From NCBI RefSeq assembly GCF_041146345.1, contig NW_027191413.1, positions 2,542,001-2,606,000 on the forward strand: a stretch of DNA of 64,000 bases. The letters are read 5' to 3'. Shown piece by piece: positions 38,043-51,187 of this stretch. Origin of the DNA: Neodothiora populina. Its lineage: Eukaryota. Positions within the stretch are counted from its first letter, which is position 1; each line of letters opens with the position of its first letter. Under the pieces are notes generated by a model. That model was given only the letters and a program-made list of their open reading frames with translations. It searched no databases and had not been told where the DNA came from. Made by a program: the position numbers and the translations under genes.

Positions 38043-39489
38043 GCAGTGTAATGTGTTGGTGGCGCGAGCCCTGAGCTGACACATCTGAGCGTCGGGAGAG
38101 AGCAAAGCCGGAGGAGAGCAATCGATACATGGCTAGCCGAGAAGGCTCCTTGTGACTGATCTACTGCTCCGTGTTTGCGGTGCTGATTAGATTGGCGTGG
38201 TCGATTTGGAGGGTTGATGGTAATAATGTCTTTTGCAACCAATAGTACTCAATAATATACCTATGGCCTCCACTTTGCAATCCATCTCTGCTCGTGTGTG
38301 CGTGCACTATGCCAACAGCGAGCCGACTTCTTGTTTCGTCATAGTCGGCCACGCAGGAGAAGGGAGATCCTCGTAAGCTCGTCCAGCAGGGCGATCGACG
38401 AGCCGCTCCGATAATAACTGATGTGCTTGACAAGACTTGTGTTGTCTCCAATAGACTACACATGTTTATCATCGCAGTAGCTCATAGGTCAGACGTGCTG
38501 GCACAGTGGAGGCTGTGTCAATGTGACAGCGCGAAGGAGCCATTTCCCCAGAGCCAGGAGCCCAGGAGTCAGGCCTGTCAGGGTCGCGTGGATGGCGCTG
38601 CCAAGGATCGGTTTTGGCGAATAAATGAATGCATGAATTGGCAGTGGAGACGGGATACAAGTGAGAACAGAAGATACGACCCGGTACTGATACTTTGCCG
38701 TGGTGCAGCTATGGCAGTTTCGCGGCGCACAGGCCAAATACCACTCAATGTTCTATGATCATCCCAAACTTACTTTGCGAGCTGAGTCTATTCGGGCCTT
38801 GGGGGGCAAGGACCCCGTCCAGTCCAGTCCACTGCACCAATTAACTTGTAGGAATCGAAGAGAAGAGAGTTCGGATACCTCGTTCGAGGTAGACAGTGTA
38901 TTCTGGTCTCAGCACCTGGTTCAATTTCGCAGTAATAATACAGGTCACTTTGCCGTGCAGTTTGCCTGGGTTGTTCGAGAAGCAGAAGCACTATTATTAT
39001 TACGACTTGGCCGTGTCCAGCGTCTACTATATTCACGTTCCGCCGTCGTTATAACCGCCATCACATCAGTCTATCGCGCATATTGAACCAGATACCTTCC
39101 TTTGAAAGGGCCTCTGCCAGGCCACAGGCTCCTTCCACGTCCGACCAGGAATAACATACGGTGTATCTGGCCACGCAACGCACTCCCTTAATTCCATAAT
39201 TACCCCCGGAAAATCAGAAGTATCTCTGTGTCTCTCTCGCGCTCTCTGGACTTGGTGATTGCACCCGTACGGCGACCGGTGTGCATCATTGTCTTTTCGG
39301 CAAAAAAGAGAAGATGACCATGGCGTATCCATCACGATAAAATTTAGAGCATCAAGCTCTCGGGATCGTTCACCTTCACCAATACAAATATAATCTTCTC
39401 TGAGAACCACCAAGAGTGTCGCATTGCTTCTGGCAATCGCCCCGAACTTTACCACCTCTACGTAACCACTGTACCATACACCCGGCAAC

Positions 39490-42400
39490 ATGGTTGACAA
39501 AATGTTCGAGCCCCTGCTAGAGATCTTGGAATGGCTCAAAAGCCTCGTGCCGGACACGTTCAAGCCTGGCCGCCCACACTTCAACTTCATTACTGTACAT
39601 TGTAAGACCTAATTGGGAGGCATCGGTAATAGACAAAAAGCGCGCGAAGGCTGATGCAAGGGCGAGACAGATTGCTACATGGTTGGATTATCCATACTTG
39701 GATCCATCATTCTCTACCCTGGTGGTCTGCTCACCTACACCAATGCTCTCTTTCTTTCTGCTGGAGCAGCGACCCAGAGTGGTCTGAACCCGTACGTCTG
39801 TCGGACGATCTTGAATCGCCAATTGACTGACTTGCATGCAGCATCGATATCAACAAGCTGAAGACTTACCAACAGGTATTCCTTGCAACGGCCTCCCATG
39901 CGTGAGGCTTGACTAATTATTAATGTTATCAGGTCACCCTTATGCTCATGGCCTGCATTGCCAACCCCATATTCATCAACACAATGGTCGTCTTCATCCG
40001 ATTGTACTGGTTTGAGCAGCGCTTCACACACATAGTCAAAGAGGCCCAGCGCGCTCGCCGCACGAGAACGAGATCACGCACCGTCAGCGAATCTAGACAG
40101 GAAACCGATCCAGTTCGACTCGAGGCTGGTGTCAACGGCCGCCCCATAACCGTGCTGCACCATACCACCCTTCCCAACGGCCTCACCCAGCGCAATGCAA
40201 ATAACCCCTTGAGTGGTATGAGTGAAAAGGATAGGGTGCAGCATCTCGCAGGTAGCATCGCTGCCACCCCTCCAGGTGGAAGCTCTGAAAGCGGTCAATC
40301 TAGCAATGACACTCGTGTGCCTGATGTCTTTACATCCTCCGGCCCGAACAACGCTTCCCATGACCGGATAGAAGCAGCGAGAAGCGATTGTCACACACGG
40401 ACGTCTCGCAGATCCATGTCGGATATTGCTCCTGACGAGAAGACTTCTGGTAGCGAGCACGGAGACCACGAAGAAGAAGAAAACGAGGACGGCGGAGGTC
40501 ATTGGCTGGGGCACAACCCCATGCTGCGGCGCGATATCATGTTTGCGGATGAGGTTCGGCCAGGGACCCCCAGGCGGCCTAGACTCGACGACGACGACAG
40601 ATTACCTGGTCAGAAGAGCGACGAGCACCACATAGCTTTTCTGCAAAAGCAACGAGACACGAAAAACACTGGCACATTGCGCATCCCTGGACCACGAGAT
40701 TTCGACCGCGGCGATAAGCCACACGAGCTGGGCGATGACTTGGACGACAATGGCCTACAAAAGTCAATGACACGGAATACGCTACCGGGTTCGCCGCCCC
40801 TATTGCCACAGAGGAAACCGACAGATGACGTAGCTGAATTGAATGAAGACGACCATCCTCAGAAGCGCAATATCACCATCAATGTACCCGACGAACATCC
40901 GCGTCACGATCAGGATGAGCGCAAACGTTCGACTGCATCGAGTCGGAGTCACCGGTTCAATGTCCTCGCCCCTATCCTGAGGCTTCGAAGCAAAGCTCAT
41001 CACGACGGACCTGGGATCGTTGGCCGTTCACTGAGTGCGCTGAAGAGCCGCACCATGAGCTTCACCAAGAGTCAAGAACGAGACCTCTCGCATCCCATGC
41101 CGTACCTCAGTTGGCAGCCCACCCTCGGCCGCAACTCCATGTTCCTGGATCTGACCGAGGAGCGGAGAGAAGAACTGGGAGGTATCGAGTATCGCTCGCT
41201 CAAGACGCTTGCCATCGTGCTGATATGCTACTTTGTTGGCTTCCACGTCTTGGGTGCTGTGGTGTTTGTTCCTTGGATTGTTCGGAGTAGCCATTGGGGT
41301 CCTATAATCACCAACGACGGACAGAATCGAGTATGGTGGGGTATCTTCACTCCCGCTTCCATGTTCAACGATCTTGGCTTCACTCTCACGCCGGACAGCA
41401 TGATATCCTTTCAGACGGCGGTCATGCCTTTGCTGTTCGGTTCATTTCTGATCATCATCGGCAACACCGGGTTCCCGTGCATGCTACGCTTCGTCATCTG
41501 GGTGCTGTCAAAGCTTGCACCTCGTGGCAGCGGGCTTTGGGAAGAGTTCAAGTTTCTTCTCGATCATCCCAGACGTTGCTTCACGTTGATGTTCCCCTCA
41601 AAGGCTACGTGGTGGCTCTTTTGGATCTTGGTACTGCTGAACGGCATCGATCTGATCTTCTTTATTATACTTGATCTCAACGACTCGGCTGTGACTGTCC
41701 TCTCACCAGGCTATCGGGTGTTGAGTGGTTGGTTCCAAGCCGCGTCGACTCGAACCGCCGGATTCTCTGTCATCAACCTGGCAGATCTGCACCCCGCCAT
41801 TCAAGTGTCGTACTTGATCATGATGTATATCTCAGTCTTTCCCATCGCCATTTCCGTTCGTAGGACAAACGTCTACGAGGAGAAGTCTCTTGGTCTCTGG
41901 GGCGGTGAGGACGAAGACGAGGACGAGGAGGGCCGAAGCTACGTCGGTCAGCATTTACGTCGACAACTCAGTTTCGATTTGTGGTATATCTTCTTGGGGC
42001 TGTTTATCATCGCTATCTGCGAAGGAAGCAGACTGGAGGATCCCAACAAATACGCCTTCAATCTGTTTGCTGTCCTCTTCGAGATTGTCTCGGCTTATGG
42101 TACGGTCGGTCTTTCTCTCGGATATCCCAACATCAACGCATCCTTTTCCACCACATTCAGCAACATCTCGAAACTGATCATCATCGCGATGATGATCAGA
42201 GGTCGCCATCGTGGTCTGCCGTACGCTCTCGACCGCGCCATTCTCTTGCCGTCGGACAATCTCAGAATCGCAGAAGAGGAAGAAGCGAAACGACGGAACG
42301 CCTTGTTTGGTGATGGCGTCGGCGAAGAAGGAGAAGACGGAGCCCCGGGACTACCCAGACACCATACGATGAACCGACGCACAAGCACAATGCAGCAGCA

Positions 42401-42602
42401 GCAGCAGCAGGACGGAGGTGCAGGCGCAGGCACCGGTCTTCGTCACTTACGACGAGGAAGCGAGCTCAGCACGACGAGCAAACGCAGCACAGATCCCATG
42501 GCCGGTGGCACTCCGTCCGGCAGGTCGAGACGCAGATTCAGCACGGTCGTCATGGCCGGGCTATCGGCTGGACCGACGATTGGGAACAGGAAACACGAGT
42601 GA
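39490..42602 (+). CDS. TRK1: Trk-family K+ transporter; introns 39602-39670, 39792-39841, 39876-39932
   Basis: Four pore-loop glycine motifs: ATQSGLN, FNDLGFT, TRTAGFS, YGTVGLS. Also ELGGIEYRSLK, LLDHPRRCFT, RRTNVYEEKSLG and RGRHRGLPYALDRAILLP. Confidence 0.96.
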
Positions 42603-43264
42603 TTGTTTTCTCTTTTTGTTTTTCCGATGCATGAGGAACTGTTGCTGTGTACCACGAAACAAAGACATGTAACAGAAGGAAAGAAGATCAAGACGAAAAC
42701 AAAAATCAAAAGGGCAAAGACAAGTAGATGATGGGTTCGGAAAATTTTCTTTTCTTCTCTTCGTCGTCACTCGTCATCATCGTCGTCGGAGGGGGGGGGG
42801 GTGTGTAATTTTCTCTGATACGTACGATATACAGCAGTCTCACCGAAGGAAAGGGGGTTAAAACAAGGGAAATAAGGGAAAATACGGGGGCACAAATCAA
42901 TAGGATTTAAATCACGGGTTTTTTGTCTTTTTCTGCGCGATCCGCTTCGTTGTTCTATACCTTTCATGTATGTATCTTTCGATATGATCACTGTTTGTAA
43001 ACAGAAAAAAGGAGATCGAGTCTGGGTCCATCTATACTGTCGAAATATAGAAGATATCAAGAGGGGAACGGTGTGGTGTTTCTGCCCTTCTCTCTCTGCA
43101 CTGTGTTCGTGTCGTGTGTCGTGATGTTGTCATCCACTGTTGATGGATGTCTCACTACTGTAGAAGACGTCTCGATGGGGTTCTTTCTTTTTTCCTTCGT
43201 GGTGTGCATGCTCGAGGCGATACACCGGTGTGTATGTACACGTGGGGAAGGACTTTTTCCTTTT

Positions 43265-43331
43265 TGATTGATTGGTTGCATTGATGGATTGATTGATTGA
43301 TGGAGTGATTGATTGATTGATGTATTGATTT
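43265..43331 (+). repeat. Imperfect (GATT)n tetranucleotide microsatellite
   Basis: tgattgattggttgcattgatggattgattgattgatggagtgattgattgattgatgtattgatt. Confidence 0.85.
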
Positions 43332-43441
43332 GCGAGTGCATTTCCCGCCTCTCTATTTCTTTCCGGCCTTTTTTTTTTCTTTCCTTCTGTTGCTCCGGTC
43401 TTGCGGACTGCTGACATCTCGCCTGACACGACCACGGCATC

Positions 43442-44032
43442 TCAAAGCGCCTCCCTGATAGGTTTCCAAAACTCATCACTGACACGCACGACCTCGTCTC
43501 CGACCGTCACCTGTCCGCCCTCTCCCTCCTCACCAGCACCGGCACCAGCCTTATGAAACGGTCCAAACACCTGCACGTCCTTCTGCCCGCTCGCAAGCAC
43601 AACCCTACACCCCAAGCTCATGGTGAAATTATCCTCGTTGCCCTCGCCCGTCAAGCGCTTGAGATGCTCTTCGCTAGCGGCGTAGACGACGCGCCCGATG
43701 TTCGCCCAGTAGATTGTTCCAGCGCACATGGCGCACGGCTCCCAGGTGGAGTACAGCGTGCAGGACCAGAGGTATGCGGGGGAGAAGTGCAGGGCGGCGA
43801 GGCGCGCGAGGCAGGATTCGGCGTGTTCGACGTGCGAGATGGAGGCGTGCGTTAGCAGGATGGTGCTGTGGTCTGGGCCCATCAGGAGCGCGTAGAAGGG
43901 CCGCTTGGAGTGTTGGTTCACGGCGGTCGTTTGGAGGGTTAGGCAGGTGCGGAGGTTGGTCGTTAGCTGGGCTGGAGTCGGGGGTGGGGGGCGCGGCGGG
44001 AAGACGGTGGGTGCTGGGGTTTGTGAAGACAT
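43442..44032 (-). CDS. Zn-dependent cytidine/deoxycytidylate-deaminase-fold protein
   Basis: PFYALL, HAE, LYSTWEPCAMCAGTIYWANIGRVVY (HxE..PCxxC motif). Confidence 0.88.
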   Translation of the reverse strand: MSSQTPAPTVFPPRPPPPTPAQLTTNLRTCLTLQTTAVNQHSKRPFYALLMGPDHSTILLTHASISHVEHAESCLARLAALHFSPAYLWSCTLYSTWEPCAMCAGTIYWANIGRVVYAASEEHLKRLTGEGNEDNFTMSLGCRVVLASGQKDVQVFGPFHKAGAGAGEEGEGGQVTVGDEVVRVSDEFWKPIREAL

Positions 44033-44514
44033 TTTTTGGGGGTGGTTCTTGGGCGCTTTTTTGGGGTCTCTCTCTGTAGTGTGGTTGAGACAGGGGGGAG
44101 AGTGAAGAAGAGAGAGGAGATGTGTCGAGGTTGCGGTGTTTGTTTGGTTAGTCGTGTCTTCCCTCGAAACTGATCAGACGATAAGACGATAAGACGAGAA
44201 AAGATGGGACTTTGTACAGCAGGTGCATGTACTTGCCTAAACAGGCCTAGCTCTGGTTGGTGTGCGGTCGACAATGAGAGGATGAAATGCTCGGAGATGC
44301 CATTAGATTGACGTCGACACGATGAAAAGAACCAGCAGGTATAGAACACAGAACAAGGCTGTACACCGAGCGAAGATATGGGGAGATGGAATAAAATGTA
44401 CTCGTTTGGTGGGAAGGTCCATCTGATTTTTGGGATTTCGAGGGTATCGTACAGGTAAAAGTACAAGAGGCGGTCGTAGCGTAGACGCTCTTTTGTGAAG
44501 GAAAAAACAGACGT

Positions 44515-45689
44515 CTAGTTGCGGAGTGCAGACTCCCATGCCTCGAGAGCCTGAGCGGCATAGAAACCGGGCTTGGTCTTGTTCTGCTCGCGCAGCTGGG
44601 CGGCGAGTGTAACGAGTCTGGCCTCGTAAGTCGAAATGATCTGGGCTGCGCTGCTGGCTTGCGGTAATGAATCGCCTAGGATCTTCTTTGCCAGAGACAG
44701 ACCGTGCCAGATGGGGAGCTTGGCCAGGAACTCTGTCTGGAGACCGGCCTTGGGCAGGGGTTCTTCGGCAGGCTCGCTCTTCTGGTTGAAGTTGGCCATC
44801 AACCTCGTGGCATACTTGAGCACGCTGCCGTCGACATCCTTTCCACCCTGGTACCTTTCAGCCAAAACAGCGGAAATCTCGAGATAGACGGCAATGACGG
44901 CAGGTCTCGTGCGCGGGTCGTTGGCGCCGAGCCGCCTGGCAGAGCCGTGGTCGTCGGACTCGAGGAGCTCGGCGATCATGTCTCCGTAGCGCTGGGCCTT
45001 CCTGACGCGAGCCTCGTCCCAGGAATCTTTCTGGGCGTGCTCGTGAAGACCCCACATGACCAGCGACAGGATGTTGTCGTGCTTCAGCGTCAGACCGGTG
45101 GCGGCGCTGCGGTTCAGACACCTGATGACGACGCCGAGCTGGTCTGCCTGTATGGCCTTGCGGACGAGCTTCTCGGCGTGGCGGGTGCGCACATGACCGC
45201 CTTTCCGGAGACCTTCGAGCAGAGCAGGAGACTGCTTCCAGTCCTGAGAGTCCTGCATCAGCGACAGGGCCTTGGCGATCAGAGGGCTCAGTGCGGGAAT
45301 GTCGACCCGTCGGTTCATGTGTCGGAGTTGCACCTCTTCGTCTCCCAGAGTGGCGTATGCGGGGTTGTTGTCGAGTTCCGTCTTGAACTTGTCGCCGAAG
45401 ACGAGGTGGCGCTGGCGATCATTGAGGTATGCCGGGATCAAGTGCTTGTCGCGCAGCGTGGCCAGGACATTGTCGAGCGCGGGGGTCGAGGTTTCGTCGA
45501 AGACCGGAGGGCCGGCTGTTTTTTGTGTTTTTCGATCAGTCTTACTGTATGGTAGAGTAGAGAGAGAAGAGCAAAGGAAGACAAACCTCTCTTCTGCTGC
45601 GACGAAGAAGCAGTGAATGCTCGTCTCTGTAGTAGCTGTGAACCGAAAACAAAAGACTTTTGAGCGCGAAGAGCGCATGACCTGCACAT
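44515..45689 (-). CDS. Uncharacterised, probably mitochondrial, helical protein; intron 45516-45586
   Basis: Exon 1 MCRSCALRAQKSFVFGSQLLQRRAFTASSSQQKR is Arg/Ser-rich with no acidic residues. It splices (GTTTGT..CTGAT..CAG) in frame to AGPPVFDETSTPALDNVL in the long ORF. Confidence 0.75.
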
Positions 45690-45862
45690 GTCTGCCTTTT
45701 TTTTGGTCTGTCTCTGACGACTCTTGAAATGTCCAACAACGCAGTCAATGGAATATTGGTGGTGTTGGCAGAAAGATACAGTAGGCGTAAAGTCGAAGGT
45801 CGTCTATCCGCAACAATGCAATCGATCTTCCGAACTTTTTGCGACTCCGCAAATCCTCCGCC

Positions 45863-45863
<1 letters not shown>

Positions 45864-45893
<30 letters not shown>
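45864..45893 (+). repeat. (AGC)10 microsatellite in a 319-nt divergent intergenic region
   Basis: Perfect run between the ATGs at 45689 (-) and 46009 (+). Confidence 0.95.
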
Positions 45894-45894
<1 letters not shown>

Positions 45895-46008
45895 CCAGCC
45901 GACGACAATTGAACATAATCATCATTTACATCATTGTCATATCCTTCACCGACAGCTGCAAGCACCACTTGCCGCACTCGTCTGCAAGAACAAAGCAAAG
46001 GAAACAGA

Positions 46009-46830
46009 ATGGCCACGCCCAACTCGTTACGGCCGCTCGCAGGCCTCAAGTCTGCACTGCGCCAGAGCAGAGCAGAGAAACAATCATCCAGATGGTATTC
46101 GACCACGACGACGACAGAAGCTCCCAGCAGCACAGTCGGACGACCGACCAACTTCCACCCTGGCGCCATCATGCGCGGCCACAGTGTGTCCCTCGTCTTC
46201 CTCTTTCCCTCCCGTCTCCGCCCTCGCCTTCCCTTCTCTACCCTGCCTCCCTCAAGCCCGATCAGAAAGACACCGAAGGACTAACACCCCCTCGCAGCCA
46301 ACGAACACTCGATGAAGAAAATCCCCGTCTACCCACACCCTCCGTCCGCACGCAAGCTCTGCAAAGACCCCATCGGCGCCCTCACCAGCGCCCAGCTGAG
46401 CACCCTCGACCCGTCCGGCGCGCGCGCCCGCCTCTTCAGCAAAGACAACCCGGACCGCGCCGCCGTGGGCGACATCCTGCTGGTGCGCCTGCGCAACGGC
46501 GACCCCTTCAGCGGCGTATGCTTGAACATCCGCCGCACGGGCGTCGACACTGCGGTCCTGCTGCGCAATCAACTCACGCGTGTCGGCGTCGAGATGTGGT
46601 ACAAGATCTTCTCGCCGAATGTGGCGGGGGTGGAAGTCGTGCAGCGCAAGGACAAGAGGGCCAAGAGGGCCAGGCTGTATTATTTGCGCTTGCCGAGACA
46701 TGATGTCGGCAGTGTCGAGAGTGTCGTGAGGCAGTACACCCGCCAGAGAGCCATGTTGCGCTCGAGTGAGGTCAAGAGTCGCGATGCGAATGCGGGCAAG
46801 AAGAAGAGTAATGCCAGGGGCAGTAACTAG
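46009..46830 (+). CDS. IMG1: Mitochondrial ribosomal protein bL19m; intron 46184-46277
   Basis: Presequence MATPNSLRPLAGLKSALRQSR, then VGDILLVR..FSGVCLNIRRTGVDTAVLLRNQLTRVGVEMWYKIFSPNV..KRAKRARLYYLR (L19 signature). Confidence 0.92.
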
Positions 46831-47059
46831 CCTTTTTTTTCCTTTTCTTTTGATTGTGTGTGTATATATGTGTGTGTGTGTGTATAGGTGTATCGTCGGA
46901 AAGCATCAACTAGAAGAATGCCGTTTTCACTTCCTTCCTCATTTGTCCCTGTGACTAGGTAGTCAAAGCTGTCGAAACTCGCCTTGCTCTTCTTTAGCTA
47001 ATCGAGGCAGCTGACTGTTCATCTATCGTACAACAACAAAACGACCACTTTTGTACTGA

Positions 47060-49403
47060 TCAATGCGACACCCTCTGTTCGAGCGCCTCTCGCACATCCT
47101 TGACCGCCTCCCGAGCCACACTCCAATGCTGCACATCCTCAACCCTCAGCTCCGCCCTCTCGTTCTCCCGCACCACCTTCCTCATCGTCTCCTCGACCTC
47201 GGCGAGCACCACTCTTCCGCCCTCCCTGACTTCCCCTTCCCACACCCGCCGAGCCTCCTCCCATTTCTTCTGCAGTCGTCGCAGCGACCACACCAGTCCC
47301 AGAGCCGCCACCGCTCCACCCTCGAAAAGTCCAGTGCCGCCCGTCGCGAAAAACACCCACGCCCCCAACGCGCTCGTGCCTCCCATCGTACTCAGCGTCG
47401 ACAGCAGCAGCGTCTGCGCCCGGCTCTGCAGCGCAGGCACAAGCGTGTGCAGAAGCTTCTGACGAGTAAAGTGAATCGCCAGCGGCCAGGGACGCGAGTG
47501 GAAAATGTCGATGCCGCCGTGCTCCGTCACTCTTGCAACAACTTTTTCCGTCTGCAGGAGATCTGCCGGCGTCGGTTCTCGGACTTGCTTGGAGAACAGG
47601 TTGCGCAGCCTTGATGACAGTGTGCTCTTGGTGGGCGCTGCGAGCGTCGGTGCCGCTGCTGCCTCGGTAGAGAGGTATGCTCGTTCCGTCGCCATGGCTT
47701 CCCCTTTGGCGGCATCGATGACGCTGTCGTCGCTGTGCAGAGTATAGCTCGGGTTGAAGTTGGCCTGAGCATTGCTCGTGCGGAAGAAGCCTGCTTGTTC
47801 TACCCGACCGGCCAAGAATGCAAGGCCCGCTTCTGCGTCCAACAGCCAGTGATTCCGTAGCACTCCCTCGGCGGCGACGCCCACATCGTCGACCCGCCAC
47901 AGTAATCGTGACCATGATGTCCGACGCCACGACCGTGATGCTAGTGCTGTGGCAAGCGAAACCTGTAGATCTGTGTGGGCATGTTGTGACCACGTCGAAA
48001 TGGCGTTTTGGATCGAAGTGCGCGTCTGATCGGGGATGGTCTTGTTCAGCTGAGCCGAACGAGCCATGACTTCCGCAGTCACGATTGCAGCGCTTGTTGA
48101 ATCAAGAGTCGAACGAACGTGGTGTTCCAGCACTGGCCGTAACACGGGAATCGCAGCCTCGTCGACCCTGTCCGCAGTGTCGGAGCTGAGCGCTTTCTTT
48201 ATGCTCTCGATGTTGCTGGCTTGCCATTTGGCAGTGAACACGGGTCCATTGGCAACGTCCTGACGGAACAGATCAATCGCATCGGCAGCCTGAGGAATAT
48301 CCAGAGGAAAGATCACATCGCTGTGAAGCTGGCTCTCCGCACGAGTCGGACCCTGTCTCGGTACACTCAACACGACCTGAATCAGCTTCTCCTTTGCGCC
48401 AGTCTGACCGAGTATCGTGCTCTCCACGACCGTAGCCAGGCGGCCAAAGTCCATGCAGCCTTCGATGCCTTCTCCCACAAGTATAGCTTTGTGTACCGGA
48501 TATCGCACGAAGCCAGTTCTGCCCGTTGAAGCGACGGGCGTCTGCAGCGGGGGCACCAGCATTGCATCGGCCAGGCCTGCAGGATCGACGCCCAGAGGTA
48601 CAGAAGAAGTGTTGTAGGAAGTGATGAGAAACTCCAGATTGTGCTGGTGCAAGAACGCAGAAGGGATACAGATAGTATCAACGAGTGGATTGAGAGGAGG
48701 GATGTCGTCTTCGGCTCCGTATCTGCATTAGGATTCTCGTCAGCATGAAGCCCCACTATCCGCCAATAACCACAATCCCATCACCGTACCTCAGCAAGAC
48801 AGGCTTCCCATTGTTCGTCTTATCACTCCTCAAGATGCGCTCCCACTGCGCCTCGTCGGCCAACGCATCCGTGAGCAACACACTCGCCAATTTCCTCGCC
48901 GCATCAAGTCCCCCACTCCCCAGTCCCAAAAGCCCGATCCTTATCGTCGGACAGTCTGCCTCCAATCCTCTCAGCGCAAGCTGCAGCCTGCTCTGATTCA
49001 CATAGTCGCTGGCGATATCTTTCAGTCGTTCAATAGACGCATAGAGTCCCCGATTAGCATCGGGGACATTCGAAGGCGAGTTGATTGCCGTTCGCGACGC
49101 AAGCGTGGTCGCATGTCTGGTTCCTGCCGCTGCAGACCCGACCGACACAGGCAATGTCGTCCGCGACGATGATGCTGCGCCGCATGTCGCTTTGCTCCGG
49201 GTGGTGGTGACGGTGGTGGTGTGTAGAGCGCGGGTCAAGCGCGGATACGCACTTCCGGTCTTGCTCTTGCCCTTAGGCAGTGCGACGGTGGGATGGGCGA
49301 GTCGCCATAGCGAGCACGACGGACACACGAACGAGTCGCGAGATCTGGGAGATGCGACTAGTGCTGATGCGGTCTTGCGTGCCAATGGCACCCGTGGATG
49401 CAT
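47060..49403 (-). CDS. Conserved fungal mitochondrial membrane protein (Mmc1-like); intron 48723-48789
   Basis: Basic presequence containing FVCPSC, YVNQSRLQLALRGLE, LLTDALADEAQWE, VRYPVHKAILV, SWSRLLWRVDDV, and a C-terminal hydrophobic hairpin followed by SLRRLQKKWE. The family name is recalled and unverified. Confidence 0.65.
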
Positions 49404-49695
49404 TTGGGTGAGCTTTCTTGGGTTGGATGTCTTGTTGCTCTGCGGCCGCCGGTGTGAAGTTCAAGCTCGTGCCAAGAGCTGTATGTGATGCCTTGCGAAG
49501 GTGGTTGCGGACGCCCGTGAGGCAGCGAGGCGGAGGGGGATATAGCCTTTCTCTCACATCGCTACAACATCCATGTTACAGAACGTATAGTATTTTTGTT
49601 TCGTCTGTAGAGAGATGATCAAAGATGGGATGAGCACAGTTATGCCGCATCATACATATAATATACACACATACTCTCTAGACTAAATCCCACGT

Positions 49696-51187
49696 CTACT
49701 GCCAAGATAGCAATCCCTCGTTGTCCATCGTTCGTCTGGCCAGAATCTCCTCGACCTTCTCTCTCACGCCCATCTTGCCGTTTTTCGCCTGCAAGAAGTG
49801 CTGGACCACTCCTTCAACGTCGAGTTTCTGACTGCCCTTGACGACTGCCTCGACCTCCGCTTCCCGCGGCAGACCGATGAACGCATGCGGGTAGTCTGTG
49901 TAGGCTGCTTCGGAGTTGCTGCTGAGCAGCTCAAGCTGGAGGGGATCTGTGAAGAAGCTCTCGACCGTCAGGTCCGACACCTCGTCAAGGGTCGGGGGGT
50001 CCCAGGTCGGGGTTTGTGCAGGCTTGCGGATCAGGCGTGCTGACACGCCCTCGACAAAGTCCGGGTGTTCCATGAACTTGGACGCAATGTTGTGCTCGTG
50101 CTTGAACGTCTCCGCGATGTTCCACTGCTTGCCGCGCCTCAATTGGGCAAGAGTGACTTTGACGCTGGTGGGACTTCGCTGCATGATCGTGGTCCTGGTC
50201 TTCTCCGCCCACTTCCTGATGTCCTCTGGCGTGTTGGGGTTCTCATATGACTCCTTGAGCGCATCCAGCATCTCGTTGATCTGGAAACCTTCCTGGAAGC
50301 AGTAATCGATCGCCATGCGAACATTGCCAGATATCTCGTGCGGCACGTCGTGTGGCATGCCAGTCGTGAACTCCTCGATGGTCTGATCAATAATCCTGTA
50401 GCGCTCATCCAAGGTCATGAAGTCCTTGAAGTTCAGTTCGGCGAGGCGCGCTTCCAGGTCTGGGAGGGAGCTGCTGTCGATGTAGTGCGTAGCGACACCT
50501 GCGAGGAATGCGTTGACGCCCTTGAGCCTCTCGCTAGTCAGAGCCAGATAGGTGCCAAGTTGCCCGTCCATTCTGGGGAGGAAGAAGCTGGCTCCGACAT
50601 CCGGGAAGAATCCAATGGTGGTCTCTGGCATGGCGAACACCGTGTTCTCCGTGGCGATCCTGAAGGGCGCATGTACGCTCAGTCCAACGCCTCCTCCCAT
50701 GGTGATACCGTCCATGAATGCAACGTAAGGCTTCGTGTAGGTTGCGATCAGGTGATCAAGCTTGTACTCGAGTGCGAAGTAGTCTTTCGATCGTTGCTGT
50801 CCCTCGGGTCCCTCTTGGATGTCTAAAGCCAAAGAAGCAACGTCACCACCCGCGCAGAGCGCTCGCCCTGTACCCTTGAGAACAATGACATTGGCGAGTT
50901 GCGACTTTTCCCATTCCTTTAATCTCGGCAGAATCTTCCTCGCCATGGATCCATTGAGCGAGTTAAGCTTCTTCGGTCGGTTCAACTCGATGGCTCTGAC
51001 GCCGTATGTGGTGCTGAAAACGACATCGTTGGGTTCGTCGGTGGGGAGCTCTCTGGGGATCTCGGTAGAAGTAGCAAACTGTAGGCTTCCATCAGTACTG
51101 TTATTGCGTTCAAGAAACGAAGAATGGCGAGCTCACCGATTGTCGGGCTAACGCGCTCGAGTGGAGAAGTCTGGCTCTCAGAGGCAT
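49696..51187 (-). CDS. EHD3: Mitochondrial 3-hydroxyisobutyryl-CoA hydrolase (crotonase fold); intron 51079-51136
   Basis: LNRPKKLNSLN, RALCAGGDV, MDGITMGGGVGLSVHAPFRIATENTVFAMPETTIGFFPDVG, DFVEGV. Exon 1 reads MPLRARLLHSSALARQS. Confidence 0.94.

Noticed and set aside
35821..44032. Secondary-metabolite cluster around PAL
   Set aside because: The flanking genes are housekeeping, with no backbone enzyme, tailoring enzyme or cluster regulator.
45729..46703. 324-aa ORF overlapping IMG1
   Set aside because: It runs through a microsatellite, the IMG1 intron and an alternative frame, and has low-complexity composition.
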